Source: Phoronis australis (Eukaryota; Animalia; Phoronida). From it: 64,000 nt of DNA. The position numbers and the translations under genes were made by a program. The DNA lies in NCBI GenBank assembly GCA_002633005.1, contig NMRA01000542.1, positions 186,001 to 250,000 on the forward strand, written 5' to 3'. A model generated the notes under the pieces. That model was not told the DNA's origin and searched no databases. It saw only the letters and a list, made by a program, of their open reading frames with translations. Position 1 is the stretch's first letter, and every line of letters begins with the position of its first letter. Shown here one piece after another: positions 38,701 to 48,700 of this stretch.

Positions 38701-41700
38701 TTGAAATTAACTGAAAAGCAAAACACGGGTGGTCGGTAGCCAATCAGTGGGTGTTTAAAAATAATTTTGCTTAGTTTGGTGTTGGCGTTTACATGAGTAT
38801 GAGTGATTTCTCGAAGGTTTGAGAATATCTAAAAAAATCATTTTTGATGTTTCTCACAAAAATACAGAAATACCTCAAAAATACTTGGCTGAAAGTTGCT
38901 AGAAAAAATGAAGGTGTAATTCCTGGATAGGCATCTCTGGCGATGTGACACTTCAAGTTAATATTGTAAAATTTAGCTTCAGATCAAACTTAATCCAGAA
39001 GTCACCCATCTATGACACATGTGACATGTATACTGTCTGATTTCTTTGTTTTGATTGTAAAGTTTTAATATTATATGTGTGTCCAACGAAGTATAATTCA
39101 GTAGTAGTGCGATAAACATTGTGTTGCATTTCCTTTAAAAACATGGCTTTGCGTGCGTGCTTATTTTTAAGTGTGAAATGTTTTGTTTTTAACAGGCAAA
39201 AAGTGAGAGAACAGATCGAAAAAGACAAAAGAGACAGAGCATTGAAGGTACTGCGCGTGAAGAACATTTTCTTCTTTCTTGTCTGTCCTTCCGGTCCCTA
39301 CAAGGATAAACAACCCACAATTACCGTGCATTCATGTATTTAGGCCCATATGCCTTTAACTGAAATAATGTTTTTCTAATAAAATTTTTTCACTGAATAA
39401 TGTTTGCATGCCCCTCAGCTATGGGGTGGCAGGCTTGTGTTTCTTGTTCAATATTAATGCTTTTTATTTAATAAGTGACTCAAAAAGTAAGTGAACATTC
39501 AGTGTAAATGAACTTTATACTGTTTCTCTTAGTTTGGCAAAAAGTCAAGTGAACATTCGGTGTAAATGAACTTTATACTGTTTCTCTTAGTTTGGCAAAA
39601 AGTCAAGTGAACCTGCACCAGCTGCTGCTCCCACCGCTGTCTCATCTCAGGTAGCGCCATCTGGCGGGGCACAGACGAAAGAATATAATAACTGCAGGCT
39701 ACAGGTATATACTGATGCCTATTGGAATACATATTAAGTGTGCATTCGTGACTGTTTCTGCTGTTGGCCATCACAAGTTTGACGTAAAGTTGTAGAACCA
39801 CTTGTGTTCAATATATTGTGTTCAAGAGTTAGAAAACTGTTAGCAGTGCAGAAAACTATTGATGATGGAATGGGGGTGAAGTCAGTCTCCCATATTTGGA
39901 AATGTTCCATGAACGTAAAAACTTTGTTATCATCATCCTTAAACGTTACGTAGTAATGGCATTGCTTGTCACAACTGTTTATTGATTACTGTAGACCTAA
40001 GCATAATGTAAAAGGTTCAACTATTAGTTGAATGTGCATAGTTTGGTTGGCTGCTCTTGTTGCCAGGTATTAGCTGACTTACGAAGAAAACAAAGTGTTT
40101 AAAGCGTCGCATTTTTATTTGAATTTCCACCATTGTGATGCCACAATTCTAAAATGAGCAAGCAATTCTAAAATGAGCAAGCAATTCTAAAATGAGCAAG
40201 CAATTCTAAAATGAGCAAGCAATTCTAAAATGAGCAAGCTTGAGACCAGGTATGAAACATAATCCTGGCCCTGGATGAAATCGTTTTGCTAGAAATCAAA
40301 CTTGAAAATATATTTGTCATCTACCGTTCTCCTTTAATAGGAACTTAAGATAATTGATTGTGTGCTTGATGTAGCCTCCAGTCTCATGTGGTAACCGTCT
40401 TTGCGTCCACTAACTGTATCGAACCATTCTTTGTTTACAGTGTGAAAGTAACCAGTGATGAAAATTCATTTTGGAAAGCGCCTAATTATATAGACTTTAT
40501 TGCCAAAATGAAAAATTTCAACTGTCCAGACTAGGAATCGAACCTAGGATTTCCTGTTTACTAGCTGGGCATTCTCACCTTTGACCTGTCAAGACCATGT
40601 CAGGAACAAGCAATCAGTTATAGCTGCAATGGTTACCAAGTCCATACACTCGGGACTAGAAAAAGGTCACTTGCAAGTTCGTGGCTGCTGTATGCCTGCC
40701 ACTTGTAACTAGCTAGCAGTTTCCCATCAAGGCCACTAGGTGTCCTATCTGATTGACTGATGAAATGAGATGTAGTATTGTTGTAAATCAACTGATTGCT
40801 GGAGGGCATAGAACAGGCATCCGAGATGTGCGTGAAACTTATGTTAGTTCGAAAATGTTGAAGGACTCTGAAAAGGTTTGGTTTTCCAAAAGTAGATGTG
40901 AAATGTGTAGGAGAAGCAATGTTTGGTGTAGCACCAAACTCTGACCATTTTTGGAGTAATGAGCTAGCACCTCTTTATTACAGATACGATTGACTGATGG
41001 CAAAGCAATCAACCAAACATTCAATGCTAAAGAGCAGCTAGCAGCCGTGCGACTGTTTGTTGAACTGAATCGCACTGATGGCTCATCGGAACCATTCACC
41101 TTCATGACGACATTCCCTCGAAAGGTGTTCTCACTTGACGATATGGAAAGGCCGCTGTCAGACTTAGGTTTGGGTAGTATTCATTCAGAAAGATTTTGAC
41201 TGCATAAAGTCACATTTCAGATCTTCCCTGCAATCTTTTTTGTAGACGGTTTGGGTGGATTATTTTTACATTAAATTTCAATTTTCAGTTCCTTTGTAAA
41301 ATCATAATCTTTTATTACCAACATTCAACATTTCAAAAAAAGCAATGCACACTATTTTACCTAACTTGCCTCTCTTGTGAAATACTAATTTAAATAATAC
41401 ATTCTCGTCACTCGAGATATAGGAAATAAGAGTAAAGTTTGATAGTTACCAAGCAGTTGAAATTTTGCCATGTTAAATTAACAAATTGTCCCTTGGTCTG
41501 GGGTCTGTGTCATGAAAAGTCAGAAATTTGGTCTTGTACTCCACACAGTTATTTCTGAAAAATAATTAAATCTCGAGCAAAAGTGCTAAGTATTCGAGAA
41601 TATCCATATAACTGCTGGTTATTGAGAAAATTTATACAAGCTATTTCTAGACTGTGATGTCCTCGTAGTTACTTACTAGCTAGACTGTGATGTCCTCATA

Positions 41701-42495
41701 ATTACTTGGCTAGACTGTGATGTCCTCGTAGTTACTTGGCTAGACTGTGATGTCCTCACAATTACTGGCTAGACTGTGATGTCCTCACAATTACTGGCTA
41801 GACTGTGATGTCCTCGTAATTACTTGGCTAGACTGTGATGTCCTCATAATTACTGGCTAGACTGCGATGTCCTCATAATTACTTGGCTAGACTCTGATGT
41901 CCTCATAATTACTGGCTAGACTGTTTTCGGTAATTGCGAAGTTGGAGCGCAAGACCAAATTTTTATCTCAAGTCTTAAGGTTATCTAGGACCTTAATAAA
42001 CGATCTCAACTCTAAGTCAAATATAGAAAAACTATGCCTTTTCAACCATTAAAAGTACATGTTTTCTGAAAGAAGAATAGTGATCGAGGATTCTAATTAT
42101 TATTGTCATGTGACCACGTTTTTTAAGTCAAATTTTCATGTGCAAGATAGGTACATTCGTAGCAAAATGACCATCCAGACAATTATACTAAAACTTTTTT
42201 TAAAAGAAAACTTTAAATAATGTCTCAAATATCCTGTTAAGATTTTGCTTTAAAATGCCTAGTTTATGAGTTCCAAGTGATATATACGAATAAGACCTCT
42301 ATTTTTGTTTACAAATTAAAATGCCTTGTGTTTTGCAAGTTAATTTGGCATAAAATCCAAACTTTAAGTGAATAATTAAAAATTCCTAACAACTTTTCAT
42401 GACTCTCCTGATGTAATAATTGGCATATAATATAGTTCATGTTGTTTCCAGGTTTAGCGCCATCTGCTGTGCTAATATTGACAAAGCCACAGTGA
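26752..42495 (+). CDS. UBXN1: UBX domain-containing protein 1 (UBXN1/SAKS1; UBA - C2H2 zinc finger - coiled coil - UBX p97 cofactor), about 351 aa
   Basis: Exons 26752-26807, 29482-29535, 29813-29907, 30722-30854, 31471-31602, 33211-33330, 34042-34113, 34839-34890, 35176-35289, 40984-41167, 42452-42495 (1056 nt, phases consistent). UBA: LMEMGFPENRAEKAL...IQDAMEWLFAH. Zinc finger: KCDECGKLL...QFHAAKTGH. UBX: CRLQIRLTDG...TTFPRKVF...LGLAPSAVLIL. Exons 6-9 have a second copy at 37316-39704. Confidence 0.93.
30245..30462 (-). mobile_element. tRNA-derived SINE remnant
   Basis: Minus strand has a tRNA-like head (GGCCTAG...GGGTTCAAATCCC, B-box at 30399-30409) and an AT-rich tail. Confidence 0.45.
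32346..32683. mobile_element. Fold-back (inverted ~150-bp arms) element, probably derived from a Penelope-like retroelement terminal repeat; second, gap-truncated copy at 36773-37067
   Basis: Arms 32346-32497 and ~32533-32683 are imperfect reverse complements. Each arm carries a hammerhead-like CTGACGA...GAAACGTC motif, intact in the left arm and degenerate in the right. Confidence 0.7.
32407..32448 (-). ncRNA. Minimal type-I hammerhead ribozyme motif
   Basis: Minus strand reads CAC-CUGACGA-U-GGCCGG-AGAAAAGA-CCGACC-GAAAC-GUC-GUG: conserved core, stem II with 5 of 6 bp, 3-bp stem I (CAC/GUG), palindromic ACGU stem III and a GUC cleavage triplet. Confidence 0.6.
35654..36468. repeat. Homogeneous tandem array, 92 bp x at least 8.8, running into the gap
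   Basis: Unit GAAAACAAAGTGTTTAAAGCGCCAC...GAGCAAGCTTGAGACTAGGTAT; copies nearly identical. Confidence 0.97.
36469..36772. other. Assembly gap (304 N)
   Basis: Run of N between the 92-bp tandem array and the duplicated segment. Confidence 0.99.
36773..40256 (+). repeat. Second copy of the segment ~32393-35750, including UBXN1 exons 6-9 (37316-37435, 38156-38227, 39196-39247, 39591-39704); probable uncollapsed allelic haplotype
   Basis: Colinear and highly similar to the first copy with scattered indels. It begins immediately after the N gap. Coding differences are five synonymous substitutions only. Confidence 0.85.
40144..40238. repeat. Minisatellite, 19 bp x 5
   Basis: Unit CAATTCTAAAATGAGCAAG, a sub-segment of the 92-bp unit. 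Confidence 0.95.
40524..40596 (-). pseudogene. tRNA-like pseudogene / SINE head (Thr-AGT-like loop)
   Basis: Perfect T-arm CTAGG-TTCGATT-CCTAG, partial acceptor stem and CTAGTAA loop, but the anticodon and D stems do not pair well. Confidence 0.45.
41647..41923. repeat. Minisatellite, 29-30 bp x ~9
   Basis: Unit CTAGACTGTGATGTCCTCrTArTTACT(T)GG. Confidence 0.93.
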
Positions 42496-43031
42496 CCTGC
42501 TGCAGGTGATCTGTTGCCAGAGGCCAAATGGTCGATTGCACCTTACAGTCATGCATCCTGGACTCCTGTGGTCAATTCAAGACATCAATTTCACATGCTG
42601 AACTTGTCTTGCATACAGCCTCTGTTGGCATTAGGGTCTGGTGAACATACCTGACATTATTTTCACCATTGGTCAATTAAGGATAAGGTCAACCAATGTA
42701 CTTAAACCTGCTGAGCGTAAAAAGCATGCTTTCCCAAAATTAAGTAGTGCGACGCCAGTCATTATCCAGTTGATAAATGCGGGTTGTGATCACCATGCCC
42801 ACTGATCAAAATGTCACTCAAGCAGAACATTACTTTTGTTTGCAGTACAATTATGCTTCTATTTTCATACCTCATGAAGGTTGAAATTATTGAGCAGCAA
42901 TCAATATTTGTCACACAAAATTCAGGAAATGAGAGAAATAAAGTGACGTCCACTCACAGACTTACCCTAGAACAAGTTGCTCCTGGAACGAGTTGTCGCT
43001 AGGTTTGGGGGCTGTCTTGACGATATTTAAT

Positions 43032-43277
43032 CTAGTGCAACTTGCCCCACTTGACATCTTACTCCACTGTACTAAGGAAGGGGAACTTATCTTGCATCAC
43101 TTCTAATTGTTGTGTGGCCACAAACTTTTGGCAAGGAGGAAGTAATTATTTGCTGCAGTTACATACCGACTGGTCATCTTTTACTTGCCAGACTCACATT
43201 AGCTGTTCATTGTCATGTACAGAGCAAGAACTTCCACCATACCCTAGTTACCAGATGTGTGTGTATGTGTGTTTGTG

Positions 43278-43321
<44 letters not shown>

Positions 43322-43367
43322 TGTGTGTGTGAGGACGCTCCACTTAAAGCGGGGCAACTTGCACTAG
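43032..43367. mobile_element. Short TIR element enclosing a (GT)n/(GCGT)n microsatellite
   Basis: 17-bp TIRs CTAGTGCAACTTGCCCC / GGGGCAACTTGCACTAG (one mismatch); microsatellite at 43256-43331. Confidence 0.55.
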
Positions 43368-44219
43368 TGCAAATTGTTCTAGTGTAAGTCTGTTTGGACG
43401 AGACTTCAAGATGTACTTGTATGCTCCCAAGTATGCTAATGTGTACCAGGAACTGAACGACATTGCTATTTGAATATTCTCTGTGGTAAACAAAGTGCAG
43501 TTGTATTTATTGACAACTTGTAAATGTGAAAAGAAAAAAAATCTGCAAATAGGTTACCTTTGTACTAATGACGTACCTCGCAGACTCGCATTGCCTGCAT
43601 CATGCATATTATTTACCAACACCACGTCCGGGTATTTATTGGACACGATTTAATGATTTACAGCAAATCATTCTGACACAAACATTTTGGCATTTTTCAA
43701 CCTACTTCTTATTCACATCGTTACTACATGTCGTGTTTCTAACTTATTTGACCACGTAATCAGAGATAAGTTATTAGCGTGCAAGTTTCACTTTAAGGCA
43801 ATCAGACTATACCTTAGTTTTGTTAAAAATCTAACCAAATGGCCTCATTTTCAAGTACTTCGCCAGACTGTATTGCTTATGGAGGCTGGATGCGTGACAA
43901 ATCCTGAACAAGGGTCATCCATCTGTTGCCGTAACTCCCATGCATTTTGCTATTTACTGCAGTGCAATGTCTAGGATATCACTTTACATACCTAGACTTC
44001 ATTTCCAGTAGTTTTGTATATATTCAGTTGAGAATGCTCAATAATAATCCGTCATGTTATTGTTTGAAAAAAATGACACCTCTTTACTCACACATTGTTT
44101 TCATGGTTATTTGAAGGTGTGGACAGAATTAACAAAATTAAACATTTTAGGGGAAACTGTACTGGCTTTAGAGGATTGCAACGTCAAAGTGGCTGGATTT
44201 TATACAGTTCAAGGGGGAG

Positions 44220-44438
44220 TCCATGCGTGCACCCAGCGTAAATATAGGGGGGCTCGAATTCTTCTGAATAATCAACGAGGACTAAAAAAAACTGGGCCAC
44301 TAGGTTCAGTCCTGCCAATCGTGCATATGTGCCGAATTCCTGTGGACTTTTGTCTCGTTTACTCAGACTTTTTGTTTCACTGCCCAATTAACCAAATTGG
44401 GGGCTCATTTGAGCCCCCCTGGGGGGTGCGCCCATGGA
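44220..44438. mobile_element. hAT-like MITE
   Basis: TIRs TCCATGCGTGCACCC / GGGTGCGCCCATGGA with G-tracts; same terminus type as 11223-11447. No clean TSD seen. Confidence 0.45.
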
Positions 44439-44504
44439 TTCAGTCATTGCCAATTTCATTCCTGTAATCATAATGTTCTCATTTAGCTCTTTGAGTGAAG
44501 CAAT

Positions 44505-44585
44505 GTTATGCAGGACCTTATCGAGGTTAAGCAGGACCTTATCGAGGTTATGGAGGACCTTATCGAGGTTATGCAGGACCTTATC
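44505..44585. repeat. Minisatellite, 21 bp x ~4
   Basis: Unit GTTATGCAGGACCTTATCGAG. Confidence 0.9.
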
Positions 44586-44744
44586 AATATGTCTGTGTAT
44601 TGAACCAAGTGTCTACAAAATTGGAGATTTTAACCGTGATAAGTACATATTTTCTGAAAGTAGAAATTCTATAGATTTTTTGCCAATCTATCATAAATCA
44701 GTCACGTGACAATTTTATTGGTAAAATTTAGCAAAAAGAATTAA

Positions 44745-45014
44745 GGTACATTGACTGCAAAACAGCTGTATCAGTTCGGTAACCAAATTTTATTCGAGAT
44801 GAAATGTCAAAAATGCTGTAACATTATCGTTTTGTTTTATGCAACTTTTCGTTGATTTTTTTCACAAACTAAGTTGCATCATGCAAAAGTGGAACATTTC
44901 TAACAGTACCTAAAGCATCATATCTGAGAGTTTCACATGATTCTGATCAGCTATTTGAGATGTGATGTTCTGAAGTTAGCCAAATTTAGAATTTTTCTTG
45001 GGTCCTACATAACC
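44745..45014. mobile_element. TTAA-flanked non-autonomous element (Kolobok-like); related copy at ~1550-1815
   Basis: TTAA-GGTAC...GTCCTACATAACC-TTAA. The 3' part (TCTGATCAGC..TGAGAT.TGATGTTC.GA.GTTAG.CAAA...GTCCTACATAACCTTAA) is shared with 1706-1819, and a reversed terminus TTAAGGTTATGTAG is at 58967. Confidence 0.5.
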
Positions 45015-45776
45015 TTAAAATTTGTCAGTTAAACTCAGCTACCGACAGCTGTTGTAATGTAGCTATCACATGAGATGAACTCAAAATGTGATGCTTTGTC
45101 ACCAAAGTGGTTTTCATTGTAATGCTGTATTTTGTACGATTCCAATAAACTGTCAATGATTTCCTGTTTTTATTTACACATAGATTGAACTTACGATGCT
45201 TATTGTGTCGCAAACTGGAGAAATAAGAATCTGTGATTAGCAATGAAGTTGCAAAATATCAACAAGGTTATCTGGTGCATTTAGCCTTTGTCAGCTTCTC
45301 GCAAGAAAATGGCCCTTATCATGTAAACACATTTAAAATTTGCAAGTACTGAAGAATGGCGTACAAACATTGTATGTGAAACAACTGGTGACAATTGAAA
45401 ACACTGTCTTGTTTTTTGACTTTCAATTCTGGTTGTTTTGATATTAGTTCCAGATTTCCTTTAGTGATAAAACTACTTCCCTTTTTGTTGACAACAAGAT
45501 AAAGTGATAAAAACACATCTGCAAGTGCAAACAGAAGACCTTTAAGTTGAGCTGTTCTGCTCTTTGTGCATTCAAAATGACTCGTTGTGACTTGATAAAT
45601 TCGGCACTTGCTGTGACATCGGAGCTTGTTCACAATAGTTTGCAAGTGAGCACCACCCTGTAGCCGGTTTAGTTTTATGAAAGCAAAAATTTGCGTGTCA
45701 ACACCAAGCATCTTTTGAGAGGCACCACAAGCTGCAATGTTTGAAGACTGGTGAATGGCAATAAGTGTCAAATTCT

Positions 45777-48700
45777 TCAGTCCAGCATATTGTACTCCAT
45801 CATCAACTCGAAATCTTTGTAACTAATTCGTCCATCCCAGTCTGTATCAATTTCTCTGAAATAATTTACAACATGATGGCTTAGTCTAGCAAAAACAATA
45901 GATTAGTGTAAAGTGGTTATTTCTGTATTGACGTACTTGTCAGGGTTACCACTCATAAATTGAAAATCTCAAAAATCAGAGGCAAGGCATTCAAGTTTCG
46001 AAACTGCGAATTCTGAGCTAATGAGCAGGGAGTTGCATTTATGTTATCCGACAAAGATATCATAAAACAAACAACTGGGCAATGATAGACGCTGTGTGAA
46101 CAGTGCGTTACAGGCAAGCGAATTGCATTAATTTTGAGAACAGCAGTGAGCATTCACTGAGGTAGGGTTCTTTGAAACCAAAAGTCTGGACAGCACATTA
46201 AGTTAATATGGTAAGTGTATTACTGAGCATAGATTTTTGAAAGTTAAAATTGGAAAATTAGAGGCGGGGCGTTTAGTCAAACATCGGTGTTAAAGCTGAC
46301 AAGTTCGTTACACTGCATAAACNGAATTAGTTCATGAGTTAATTGTATGTTTCAGTCCATCCAGTCAACAAAACGATTGCTCAATGAGTATAATATCTTA
46401 TATTTTGTGATTAAGTACTTCCAATGTTGAGGGTACTTCATAGCACAACTGACTGCATACATTGGCTCTAACTATGACATAGACCGAAAAATTCCAATTC
46501 AAATATTGTATCCACCCTCGTACAGTATAAGTCCACTCCCAACTTTTTATTTTTTAGCGTATAAACCCACACACTCAGGCATAAACTCACCCTCTTACAC
46601 CCCGGCTCACATCAATTTATCCCGACTTCTCTTGTTTGCACCCTGTCGGTCGACAGGTGTGCTCACGTAAAACTATCTCAGAAAACGGACTCCAAATCGT
46701 GTGTTAATTGCAAGCACGTATCATGCAAAGCTTGATTCACATCCTAGGTCATCGGATACAGTGTGTCACTGCATGTAATGAAAAGACCCATGAGTTTAGG
46801 CACAAATGTTCAGTACAAGCCTATCCATGTATAAGTCCATCCCAATTTTTTCAAGCTCCCAAATTACAAGCCTGTGGGCTTTTACCCAGAATGATATGGT
46901 TACAAAACCAACTGAACCAAATTACTCACCGAAATGCAGATTCTATTGTGTGAGGGGGTATTTTCGGAGCTACTTGCAGGAATGCCTTTTTTAAATCTTC
47001 AACTGTTAAAAATCCACGGTCTGTGAAAAAAGAGTTTTAATCACTAAAAATGATAGAATACTGTTATTCATGTTCCCTAAAAACTTGACTACTTGCCAAC
47101 TACTATTTGGAAGTGAGTCACTAACAAAAACAAGTTACAAACCAACCGTGGCATAATTTTGAGTGGAGGATGATTATGAAAACAACCAATCAGTTACATC
47201 CCATAAGTTACCACCATGAAATGTTTCCTTGAAGGTAAAACTGCCAAACATGCCATCTGAAAATTGCCACAATGATGCCACTGATGAATCTAAGATGTCA
47301 CAAGGGAAGCAATTTCCAAAGGAAAATTGTTTCCAGCAGCCATAAAAATGAAACCTGACATCGATTTTTATGGATGGGTCTGGATAGGGGGCCCAAACCC
47401 GCTGCCCCCTTCAATCCATCCTTGAATACACTCAGTACAATTCAAAAAGTTGTACAAATGAACTTGTCAGCATGTAGGCAAATGGGCGTAAAATGATCAT
47501 TACAGAACTGGCAGAATTTACCACGATATTTATTCTGACAACTTACAGCCCCTGAACTAAATTTGTGCATTGAACTAAACATTTTTATTGACATTTGAAA
47601 TTTTAATATTTGGCATCAATCTTACCTATTTTCATGATGTATTGATAGATATTAAGTTTAATTTCCAACCTAATATTCAGCTGCAGAATCAGGCTTTTGC
47701 CATTTCGTATACTGTGTAAGGGCCTTCGGCATTTGCTTTAAAGATGCTATGTCTCATTAATACCGTGAATATTCACAATTGTTTTCAAATGTACATTATC
47801 AGTTGTGGTGTTTTCTATAAAAATTGCAATTTATTTTCAAATTGTTTCTTTTCCTGATTATACTTGAACACACAGTTCTACAGGAAGTCACTAGGTGGCG
47901 CTTGCCGCAAATTTGAATATTCACGGTTTTAATGAGACATAGCATCTTTAATTTGCAGTTTGTCAGAAGGAAAGCATCACATACTCTTGTCTGAGAATAA
48001 AGATTGAGCACCTAATGTGAACAATTGGCTGGAAGAATAATAACTATCACATGAGCAGCGGACCATAGGGGGCTGGGGGAGCTGTAGCCTCCCCCCTTTT
48101 TTCAGTGCTGCGCTGCCCGTGTATTACTTTCAACTAGAAGAGCTTTTTACACAATGAGTGCATTGCTAATTTACCTTGACAAACAATGAAGTATCAGATC
48201 TCACTAATTTTAACTGCAACAAAATTCTTGTAAAATAAGAAAATTTTACTTCTACATCTATCTGTTCAAGAGGCACTACTCTTGGATTTGCCTGTTATTT
48301 GACACAAGCTCCAATTGTTTTTTGGACGAAGACTAAGTGGGCAGTGATAACTTACGAGGTGGTCATTTTCATATTTTAAATGTGAATTTTCTTGACAAAA
48401 CCAGAAGCAGCACTTTGTAACAGAAAGCTTTTGTGCAGATGTCCAAAGATTTTACTTAATATGGCAAAAAAAATCTACAAGCAAAATCAAGATCAGTGCC
48501 TAGGGCAAGCTGCTGGTCTGTGTTGTCCTGTCTTACATTGTGAATCAAATGTCAGAAACATCTGCCGAATCTCTTCACAGGTGTCTTTGGCAGACATCTT
48601 TGATGACATCAGCTTGGTAAATGTTTCCATAGACATACCTACAAATAAAACAGTATTTCCATAGTCATACACATATGGTTAACTCTCTTCCAGATTTTGT

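Noticed and set aside
40524-40596. Functional tRNA-Thr gene
   Set aside because: The anticodon and D stems are disrupted; kept only as a tRNA-derived remnant.
44054-44467. 137-aa plus-strand ORF
   Set aside because: Runs through a GC-rich MITE, with no recognisable domain or splice context.
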